From Macrostomum lignano (Eukaryota): a stretch of DNA of 64,000 bases. This document shows positions 33,601 through 41,700 of this stretch, piece after piece. The DNA is taken from the NCBI GenBank assembly GCA_002269645.1, contig NIVC01001870.1:62001-126000 (forward strand), in the 5' to 3' direction. Both the position numbers and the translations under genes were made by a program. Every line of letters begins with the position of its first letter. Within the stretch, counting starts at the first letter, position 1. A model generated the notes under the pieces. That model was given only the letters and a program-made list of their open reading frames with translations, did not search any database and had not been told where the DNA came from.

Positions 33601-36319
33601 GCCGCTACCGGAGCCCAGGCCAAACATCGGCGAGGTCATCGATGCGGCATTCGTCAGTGCTGTGTCAGCAGGTGCCGTGCCAAAGGGATTCAGCCTTCAG
33701 CAGATCCGAGACTCTTCAAGGACTGACACGGAGATCCAGGCTGCGCTCAGCGCGATCAGAACCGGCAGCTGGAACATGCTCGACCCGGTGCAACGCGCAC
33801 TTAAGTCCAGCAGCAGCGAACTTTCCGAGAGCGACGGAATTCTGCTCCGCGGAGATCTCATCGTTGTCCCCGAGTCGCTGCGGAGATCGATACTGCAGCT
33901 GGCCCATACGGGACATCTCGGTGCGGACAGAACCCTGAAGCGACTGCAGACCAAAGTCTGGTGGCCAAAGATGCGCAGCGACTGCGAAGTATTCGTCAAG
34001 TGTTGTTTCGGTTGCCAAGCAGCGGCCACGCACGTGCACCAGACGCCTTTGAAGCCGACGGAGATGCCGGACGGACCTTGGCAACTGCTCGGCATGGACT
34101 TCTACGGCCCGGTGCAAGGTCAGATGCTGCTGGTCACCACGGACCTGTACTCCAAGTACCCGGAAGTCGACATCATGCAGTCAACGACGGCCGGCAACGT
34201 GACACCGCATCTGAGACGGCTGTTCGGTCGGCACGGCATCCCTGCTGAGGTCATCACGGACAACGGACCGCCCTTTAACTCTGCCGACTTTCGCAGCTTC
34301 CTCAGCGGATACGGAGTTCATCATCGTCTCATCTGTCCGCTGCATCCGGAGTCCAACGGAGCCACCGAGCGTGTCAACCGCAGCATCGGGAAGGTGGTGA
34401 AGACTGCTGTCGCTGAAGGTCGGTACTGGAGAGAGGCCCTGGACGACTGGCTTCTGGCGTTCCGCACAACGCCTCACCGAGCAACTGGGCGGACTCCGGC
34501 CGAGCTCCTCATGGGCAGGCCGATCAACGACGGAATCCCAGCCAGCAGGCAGCCGAAGTCATCTGATGTCAGCCAGGAAGCCGTGCAGGACTGGAACCGG
34601 CGGTACACGCAGCAGATGAAGAGTTCGTTCGACAGGCGCACGGCCGCAAAGGAGCACCGCATCGTTCCCGGCATGGGTGTTCTTCGCAAGCAGCAGGCAC
34701 GCAAAAAAACGCAGCTGCCATTCGAAACTCAGCCATGGACGGTGCAGGAGGTTCGAGGCGACACCTGCATCCTACGGCGAGGCCAGCAGTCTTGTATGCG
34801 GCACGTGACCCAGCTGCGGCCTCTGATGGAACCGTCGGGCCAGTCAGCCGGCCAGTCCGCCGGCCAGTCAGCCGGCCAGTCCGCCGGCCAGTCCACTGGC
34901 CAGTCAGCCGGCCAGTCCGCCGGCCAGTCCACTGGCCAGTCAGCCGGCCAGTCCGCCGGCCAGTCAGCCGGCCAGTCAGCCGGCCAGTCCACCGGCCAGT
35001 CCGCCGGCCAGTCCGCCGGCCAGTCAGCCGGCCAGTCAGCCGGCCAGTCCACTGGCCAGTCAGCCGGCCAGTCCGCCGGCCAGTCAGCCGGCCAGTCCAC
35101 CGGCCAGTCCGCCGGCCAGTCAGCCGGCCAGTCCGCCGGCCAGTACGCCGGCCAGGCCGCCGGCCAGTACGCCGGCCAGGCCGATAGTCAAGAAGCAGAT
35201 TCTGTGGCTCAGAGACGGCATCCAAGAGCAGCCCGCGACACGCCGAAGTGCTATAAGAGTTAAGTATCTGATCCGCATTGCCCGAAGCGGCATAACTCAA
35301 GCTGAAGCGGTGTACTTCGTAAACAGCTAATTTTCTTTAGTTCGAAGTTTTTTTTTAATTCCTTTGGGGGGGAGAAGTGTAGGCAGCGCCTACTATCGTG
35401 TGTGTGTTGGGGGGTTGTTAGCGGCTGCGCCGCGTGACTCTGCTAGCTCAACCCTTATGCGTACAATATCAAATGTGCATGGTGCGACTTTAGCCACCAT
35501 TCTGACTCAGCTCAATAATTCAATAAATAGACTGATCGCTATTATTCTCGCCTGCAAGCTTTCGGCAACTATCGACTACAACAAGCAGTCTAGCCTCGTT
35601 TCACTCACTACACCTGGGAGCTAAATTCAGGTTGGTCACTAGGAGCAAAAACCAGGTTGTCACTGAGAGCTAAAACCAGGTTGTCACTGCTTTTATAAAT
35701 CCAGGACACACGACTTGAAGGTCGGGGGTTCGATTCCCGATCCCACTGTAACAAATAATTTGTGTCCTTGAGCAAGAAACTTAACTCTGCATTGCTTCAG
35801 TTCACCCAGCTGTAAAATGGGTGCCAGCATTAGCTGGGGTAACTGAGGGTGTGTGGCGACCCCCCCCCCAGTCCTTGGACTGAGCAGATTGTCAACCCCC
35901 TTCTCAAAAGCCTCAATCCACCCGGCAAACCCGCGGCAGACATATGCATCCGGCTGAAGCGGCACCTGCCAGACGGCAGATCTGAGCTCAAGCAGTCCTC
36001 AATGCGACTCAGCAACCCAAACGGCTCCGCGCGCCTCAACGAATCTTTTCAATTCCGGCTGTCTCGCGACCAGCTCAAGGACTTCCAGCTCGGCCTGGCC
36101 GTCGCCAGCGCAGCCGCCACCGCCGCGGCAATTGGCGGCGGATTCAACAGCGCCGCCGAGTTCAAAACCGTCGGCTGGGTGAACATCGACATCGTCGGCG
36201 GTGGCGGCTGCGACCCGGACGGAGCGGAGATGCTGCGAGAAGCGGTGACGGGACTGGCGGTCAGGAAGGCCGCCGCGGTCAGCACTTGGCTGATTGTCAA
36301 CCCCGGATTGCCCGACTGA
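21692..36319 (+). CDS. Tandem C2-domain synaptotagmin-like protein (~375 aa from the visible exons)
   Basis: Exons 21692-22123 (FLFD|GTGAG), 23892-24207 (CAG|MDQ...NK G|GTGAG), 35940-36319 (GGCAG|AC); total 1128 nt in frame; C2 signatures GRLWF...LEVVVLKARNL, NPDVNETFLF, GLLHLSCTY...LVITL, LNESFQFRL; an upstream exon may be missing. Confidence 0.8.
22292..22627 (+). mobile_element. tRNA-derived SINE family 2 copy
   Basis: Head GGGGTCCGTAGTCCAGCGG...GGCTCGATTCC; body colinear with 27373-27728; 8-bp TSD TCATCTGT at 22284-22291 and 22628-22635. Confidence 0.82.
23533..23880. repeat. (CCAAT/CCAAC)n pentanucleotide microsatellite
   Basis: Directly visible. Confidence 0.9.
24340..24900. repeat. 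12-bp CCCTAA-containing minisatellite (AAAACCCTAATC)n
   Basis: ~45 degenerate units containing the telomeric hexamer CCCTAA. Confidence 0.85.
25477..25530. repeat. 24-bp minisatellite (CCTGGGAGCTAAATTCAGATTGTC), left segment
   Basis: Two variant units ending in the CCTGG TSD. Confidence 0.85.
25943..30258 (-). pseudogene. Frameshifted gag-pol of element A
   Basis: Gag (MTQQITLTPPGPF...), CCHC (CRTCGKLGHFAQAC), protease (LIDSGA), RT (WIHDDV), RNase H, integrase (CVDRYSRFPE, TDNGPPF, NGMTER) spread across several frames; 8-codon deletion in RT relative to element B; SINE insertion. Confidence 0.9.
27373..27728 (-). mobile_element. tRNA-derived SINE family 2, full length, nested in element A
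   Basis: Head GGGGGGCCGTAGCCCAGCGG (A box), GGCTCGATTCC (B box), A8 tail; 12-bp TSD GTACTCGACCTT at 27361-27372 and 27729-27740; removal restores ...FKVEY/QPGASNAAD. Confidence 0.92.
30474..30719. repeat. 24-bp minisatellite, central segment between the two retrotransposons
   Basis: 10 units of CCTGGGAGCTAAATT/CxAGA/GTTGTC plus terminal CCTGG. Confidence 0.95.
30989..35263 (+). CDS. Gag-Pol polyprotein (1424 aa) of element B
   Basis: Two zinc knuckles (CYRCGERGHATC, CNNCGKPNHLAKAC), aspartic protease (MIDSGAS), RT (LDIRKAFYQI, WVHDDV), RNase H (LLVDASPIGLG, EREAL), integrase H2C2 and DDE (GMDF, TDNGPPF, SNGATER), SH3-like C-terminal domain, (GQSA)n tail. Confidence 0.97.
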   Translation: MATNYIALPPPEPFVISDDPHNAGKRWREWAARFTDFIEASGVANDNQKCKLLCYTAGKEVSDIVRELPKPQVEGEEKEHTLASIFDGLKRHFDDRKNIVFARYQFRLCIQQAGEKIEAWHSRLRAAAEPCEFENLRDSLIRDQLVATCTSDKLRRRLLQEADITLEDALRKARAFEAAEEQAAEMDKTTDAQVASLARSSKTATDRRGPASEPRSKPSQMNTCYRCGERGHATCDAARGRICNNCGKPNHLAKACRQPRSAGSRARQQINANADCTVPDAIASEDVFTLHRNGTYPAEVSLKVQVGSRQLSMMIDSGASCSIMSSRTFKTLNRPHLRTPESEVRAYGCSAPLNIFGIADLEVRVGAVSTVVPFHIMDGDGLTILGRDPALRLGVLKIQRPEFNATEVVNSNSDSARPSPQLQDILHRHKAVFEGIGFIKGVQVRVQLSDNAVPVCHAPSRVAAHLRAAVVDELKALERQDIIESVKGPSAWVARMVVVPKTDGGVRICQDLRDLNAFVVPEKQQIPTLDEVTEEMSGAKLFSELDIRKAFYQIPVHEDSRHLFTFSTPLGLMRLKRLSMGFTNASEILQRVMLGILSGIDGVRWVHDDVIVYAADAKQHHDRLDACLHRLREFGITLNKDKCKFAKPAVEFLGMHLSAKGIQPAAEKIRAMQDFRQPANVSDVRSFLGTANFLAKFIPRFDDVSAPLRHLTKKGQPWEWTASHTEAFSTIKKAIAGADTLAFFDRKRQTELLVDASPIGLGAILTQKQPDGSSRPVAYASRALSPVEQRYAQIEREALAIKFACLKFEHYLAGDPNFTVVTDHRPLVPLFKPGSRPPPRIERMALRIQHLRFTLLYRPGPANPADLLSRQPLPEPRPNIGEVIDAAFVSAVSAGAVPKGFSLQQIRDSSRTDTEIQAALSAIRTGSWNMLDPVQRALKSSSSELSESDGILLRGDLIVVPESLRRSILQLAHTGHLGADRTLKRLQTKVWWPKMRSDCEVFVKCCFGCQAAATHVHQTPLKPTEMPDGPWQLLGMDFYGPVQGQMLLVTTDLYSKYPEVDIMQSTTAGNVTPHLRRLFGRHGIPAEVITDNGPPFNSADFRSFLSGYGVHHRLICPLHPESNGATERVNRSIGKVVKTAVAEGRYWREALDDWLLAFRTTPHRATGRTPAELLMGRPINDGIPASRQPKSSDVSQEAVQDWNRRYTQQMKSSFDRRTAAKEHRIVPGMGVLRKQQARKKTQLPFETQPWTVQEVRGDTCILRRGQQSCMRHVTQLRPLMEPSGQSAGQSAGQSAGQSAGQSTGQSAGQSAGQSTGQSAGQSAGQSAGQSAGQSTGQSAGQSAGQSAGQSAGQSTGQSAGQSAGQSAGQSTGQSAGQSAGQSAGQYAGQAAGQYAGQADSQEADSVAQRRHPRAARDTPKCYKS
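34838..35182 (+). repeat. 12-bp in-frame coding repeat (GGCCAGTCAGCC)n encoding (GQSA)n
   Basis: ~29 units inside the Pol C-terminus. Confidence 0.93.
35613..35688. repeat. 24-bp minisatellite, right segment
   Basis: Three progressively degenerate units starting with the CCTGG TSD. Confidence 0.8.
35700..35887 (+). mobile_element. SINE family 1 fragment (B box and CORE-like domain)
   Basis: GGTTCGATTCC and GTGTCCTTGAGCAAGAAACTTAACTCTGCATTGCTTCAGTTCACCCAGCTGTAAAATGGG; truncated. Confidence 0.8.
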
Positions 36320-36344
36320 ATTGGGGTTGCTGAGTTGAATGAAT

Positions 36345-37160
36345 TTCAGATGGCGCCAAAGTGAATGTCAAATGGTGCCAAAGTGAATGTCAAATGGCGT
36401 CAAATTGAATGTCAAATGGCGTCAAATTGAATGTCAAATGGTGCCAAAGTGAATGTCAGATGGCGCCAAATTGAATGTCAAGTGGTGCCAAATTGAATGT
36501 CAGATGGCGCCAAAGTGAATGTCAAATGGCGTCAAATTGAATGTCAAATGGCGTCAAATTGAATGTCAAATGGCGCCAAATTGAATGTCAAATGGTGCCA
36601 AATTGAATGTCAAGTGGTGCCAAATTGAATGTCAGATGGCGCCAAATTGAATGTCAGATGGCGCCAAATTGAATGTCAAATGGCGTCAAATTGAATGTCA
36701 GATGGCGCCAAATTGAATGTCAAGTGGCGCCAAATTGAATGTCAAGTGGCGTCAAATTGAATGTCAAATGGCGTCAAATTGAATGTCAAATGGCGTCAAA
36801 TTGAATGTCAGATGGCGCCAAATTGAATGTCAAGTGGTGCCAAATTGAATGTCAGATGGCGCCAAATTGAATGTCAGATGGCGCCAAATTGAATGTCAAG
36901 TGGCGTCAAATTGAATGTCAGATGGCGTCAAATTGAATGTCAGATGGCGCCAAATTGAATGTCAAGTGGTGCCAAATTGAATGTCAGATGGCGCCAAATT
37001 GAATGTCAGATGGCGCCAAATTGAATGTCAAGTGGCGTCAAATTGAATGTCAAATGGCGTCAAATTGAATGTCAAATGGTGCCAAATTGAATGTCAAGTG
37101 GCGCCAAATTGAATGTCAGATGGCGCCAAATTGAATGTCAGATGGCGCCAAATTGAATGT
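36345..37160. repeat. 22-bp minisatellite (AAATTGAATGTCAGATGGCGCC)n
   Basis: ~37 units starting just after the C2 gene stop codon. Confidence 0.95.
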
Positions 37161-38104
37161 GTAATTAATACTGAATTGTTAAATCATGCACAATAGACAC
37201 TAAATAACTTACTACTGTAGACAGTATCGTTTGTTTCCAGCCGCAATGTCATTAAAAATAAGTAAGTAAAGAAGTCGCCGTACCATAAACCATCATTATT
37301 TTAAAACAACGAGGCCGATTAAAACAACACTGCACGAACGATTTAATATAATTATTAATTTTATTGTAGAATTGTTCAAAACACACAGCTTAGATATTAG
37401 ATTAGGAATAATAACTATATAAAGCATTTATGCATCAAAACTTTAACATAGGCATAAACTAGGTGGCAGCGGACTCAGCACTGACTAGACAAATTATTCA
37501 AACTGCAGCTGCAAAGCGCAAAAGCATTTTATTTTAGCCGCAGTATCAGAGCCAATACTTTTGATTGTCTGTTTGTTACATTGTACGTACGTATTTTGTC
37601 ATATAATTACATAAATAAATTGCTAATTTGAAAATAAATCAAGCAAAATAAAAAGCTACACATGGGGACTAGCTATTTACACGCACATGTCTCGTAAAAG
37701 CCTAATTTTGTATGGGAAAATTATCACACAATTCTCCCTAAAAAAGTCATAGTGCTGCCCAATACTACGAGTAGTAAGATCTACTGCAAATCAAAGGATG
37801 AAAAAAATTGTGTGAACGTTAAAACGTTAAATTTTATTTACGATTTCACACAAAATATCAGCAACAAAACGCGCAACATTCTACTGTAACGATACAAGCA
37901 GCTAAGTAGCTTAGAATAGATAAAAATAAATGTATTGCAAGCATAATAATGTGTAGGATTGCAAAGACGATTGAATATGCAAGCCTTTGATCAAAGAATG
38001 AAGTGTAAACCAAATTTATATCGACAAAAATCGTAGATACAAAAGACTAAACACGCAGTTAGGAAGCTATGAAGGTCAAATATGATTAATTAAAATGTGA
38101 GGAT

Positions 38105-38755
38105 TTGGGATGAGGATTATTGGGATCAGCGGTCGAGGATGAGAAGCAGGGGATTACTGGGATCATGAGTGGGGATTAATGGGATCAGAAGTTCGAGATG
38201 AGAATCTGGGGATTAATGGGATCAGGAGTGAGCGATTAATGGGATCATGAGTGAGGGATTAATGGGATCAGGAGTGAGCGATTAATGGGATCATGAGTGA
38301 GGGATTAATGGGATCAGGAGTGAGGGATTAATGGGATCAGGAGTGAGGGATTAATGGATCGGGAGTGAGGGATTAATGGGATCAGGAGTGGGGGATGAGA
38401 ATCCGGGGATTAATGGGATCAGGAGTCGGGGATGAGAATCTGGGGATTAATGGGATCAGGAGTCGGGGATGAGAATTTGGGGATTAATGGGATCAGGAGT
38501 CGGGGATGAGAATCTGGGGATTAATGGGATCAGGAGTCGGGGATGAGAATCTGGGGATTAATGGGATCAGGAGTCGGGGATGAGAATTTGGGGATTAATG
38601 GGATCAGGAGTCGGGGATGAGAATTTGGGGATTAATGGGATCAGGAGTCGGGGATGAGAATCTGGGGATTAATGGGATCAGGAGTCGGGGATAAAAATCC
38701 GGGGATTAATGGGATCAGGAGTCAGGGATGGGAATCTGGGGATTAATGGGATCAG
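38105..38755. repeat. Minisatellite with ~24-bp and 37-bp forms (GGGGATTAATGGGATCAGGAGTCGGGGATGAGAATCT)
   Basis: Short form grades into long form, just downstream of the SLC44 stop. Confidence 0.9.
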
Positions 38756-38778
38756 CAGCTGCATACTCAGCCAGCAGG

Positions 38779-41700
38779 TCAAACAGTCTTAGACTGGGCA
38801 TTGTCCCCGCTTCCCTGGTCAGCCGGGCCGCCAGCGGAGCGCATCGGGGTGCTAGCAGGAGTTCTCAGACTGCGCAAGTCGTCGTCAGCCTCCTGGCTGG
38901 CCGTCGGCGCCTGCATCCGGCGCATCGGCAGAGACGAGTCCGGCCGGCCCTGCGGCTGCAGAGCAATGTCCGGCACGTCCTCCATCTGGTCGAGATCCTC
39001 CAGCTCGCTGAGTCTGAGGTGAGCGGCTGCTTCGTCATCTACAGCGGCGTTCTTGGCTCCGTTCTCCTGCTGCACACCGGAGGATGTCAGCGGCATGGTG
39101 GCGGCCGCAGCCTGTCGACGCGATGACGAATTGCCGATGCTGCCAAGAGGCAGGTTGCTGGTCATAGCGTCGCAGGTGTCAAGAACCAGGTTCTGGGAGA
39201 GTATCAAGGTGGGATTAAGAGGGATATATATTTTTAATGTTTGAGGTTAGTGATAGTCTTAAAGGTGAGCTTGGGAACTTGGTTTCATTTTTAAGACAAG
39301 ATTGATGAGAGTCTTAGGGTTTGTTTGATGAGAGATTCTTAGTGTGAGATTGGTAACATTTTTGAGATGAGACTCTTAGGATGAGATTGGTGAGACTCTT
39401 ATTGTAAGATCGGTAAGAATTCTAGGGTGTGATTAGTGAGATTCTTAAGGAGAGATTTGCGAGATTCTCAGGGTGAGATTTTTAGGGTAATATTGATGAG
39501 ATTCTTAGGGTGAGATTAGTGAGATTCTTAGGGTGAGATTGGCGAAAATCTTAGGGTGGGATTGATGAGATTTTTAAGGTTAAGATGGGTGAGAATCTTA
39601 GGGTGAGATTGGTCAGATTCTTAAAGTGAGATTGGTGAGATTTTTAAGGAGAGATTTGCGCGAGATTCTCAGGGTGAGATTGGTGTGAGATTTTTAGGGT
39701 AATATTGATGAGATTCTTAGGGTGAGATTAGTGAGATTCTTAGGGTGAGATTGGCGAAAATCTTAGGGTGGGATTGATGAGATTTTTAAGGTTAAGATGG
39801 GTGAGAATCTTAGGGTGAGATTGGTCAGATTCTTAAAGTGAGATTGGTGAGATTTTTAAGGAGAGATTTGCGCGAGATTCTCAGGGTGAGATTGGTGTGA
39901 GATTTTTAGGGTAATATTGATGAGATTCTTAGGGTGAGATTAGTGAGATTCTTAGGGTGAGATTGGCGAAAATCTTAGGGTGGGATTGATGAGATTTTTA
40001 AGGTTAAGATGGGTGAGAATCTTAGGGTGAGATTGGTTAGATTCTTAAAGTGAGATTGGTGAGATTTGTGAGATTTTCAGGGTGAGATTGGTGTGAAATT
40101 CTTACGGTGATATTGGCGATTTTCTTAGTGTGAGATTCTTAGGGCAATATTGACGCGAGACACTATTAGAGAGTTCCCAACACGAGAGCAACCCAAATAA
40201 AAAATATGAGTCATAAACAACACTGCTAACCTTCAAGTCGTCAGTCATGAACTGCTCCCGGCCTGGCGAGCCATCGTTGGTGCCCAAATCGTAGGAAAAG
40301 CAGATGAAAATGGCGTCTATAACGAACTGAAAAAGTTGGAGTACAGAAGGAACGCAAAAAGGAACTAGCGAAGTTAAAAATTGCCGCATAAAAAAGTTAT
40401 AACACAAAACATTTAACAAGACTTGGACTCACCTCGAACACGGACAGAAAGCAGTGAGCCACCAGGAATGCAAAAGTGGCCACCAATACAATTGGTAATG
40501 GAAAAAATCTGATGCTTTTGTCCGACCATTTCAACTGCAATGTGAAATAATTCGTAAATTTATTTTTAATAGACGTTGTTAGGCCAAACCCCCACTCTAT
40601 GCTCCAAAATGCTCTGGGGGTCCAAAATAACACAGGCCTCCGAAATCCCATAGGTTTACAAAATCCCATAGACCTCGAAAATCACACAGGCCTCTAAAAT
40701 CCCACAGGCCTCCAAACCCCACAGGCCTCCAAATCCCACAGGCCTCCGAAATCCCACAGGCTTCCAAATCCCACAGGCCTCCAAAACCCCACAGGCCTCC
40801 AAAACCCCACAGGCCTCCCAAATCCCACAGGCCTCCAAACCCTACAGGCCTCCCAAATCCCACAGGCTTCCAAAATCTCACAGGCCTTCCAAATCCCACA
40901 GGCCTTCCAAACCCCACAGGCTTCCAAAATCCCACAGGCCTTCCAAATCCCACAGGCCTCCAAAACACCACAGGCCTCCAAAACCCCACAGGCCTCCCCA
41001 GTCCGCACCATCAGCAGCACAGTGCAGACAATGGTGCAGGCAGCCGACACAGCCAGTTTAGCTGTCAGCAGTACAAAATCGCCGGCAGAATTAAGCGCGG
41101 CCAGGCGCAGCGAGGCGTGCTTGTTGCCAAGCAGATCCGAGGCGGCGCCGGCAGCCGACCAGAACGGCTGGCCGGTGAGCGCAGCGGCAGCCAAAGCGGA
41201 TTTGTTTAATCGGCGACATCTGACGCAGCAGGCGTCCGAGCCGCCGCAGGCTTTCTGATTGCGCAATCGCTTGTGAAACCAGCTCAGCGCCCAGCGGGGC
41301 AGGCGGGTGACTGCGATGACCAGCGAGCCAATGGCTACCGTGCCTGCGGATTAAGGATTAAGGGGGGCGATTTTTTACTGCGATGTTGGCTGGGCATTTT
41401 TATGACGATTAATCAACTGATTAACTGGTATGAGGATCAGAGTCGATCAGCTGATATGGGGATCAGAGTCGATCAGCTGATATGGGGATCAGAGTCGATC
41501 AGCTGATATGGGGATCAGAGTCGATCAGCTGATATGGGGATCAGAGACGATCAGCTGATATGGGGATCAGAGTCGATCAGCTGATATGGGGATCAGAGTC
41601 GATCAGCTGATATGGGGATCAGAGGCGATCAGCTGATATGGGGATCAGAGGCGATCAGCTGATATGGGGATCAGAGTCGATCAGCTGATATGGGGATCAG

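Larger units (their letters stand above)
30720..35612 (+). mobile_element. Gypsy/Mag-like LTR retrotransposon B (intact, recent)
   Basis: 235-bp LTRs 30720-30954 and 35378-35612 (TGTAG...CTACA, 1 mismatch); TSD CCTGG at 30715-30719 and 35613-35617; PBS-like TGGCATCGCAAG; PPT GGGGGGGAGAAG; single uninterrupted ORF. Confidence 0.97.

Noticed and set aside
31029-35300. Numerous overlapping and antisense ORFs within both retrotransposons
   Set aside because: They are expected shadows of GC-rich gag-pol and of the 12-bp repeat; there is no env-like or independent protein signature.
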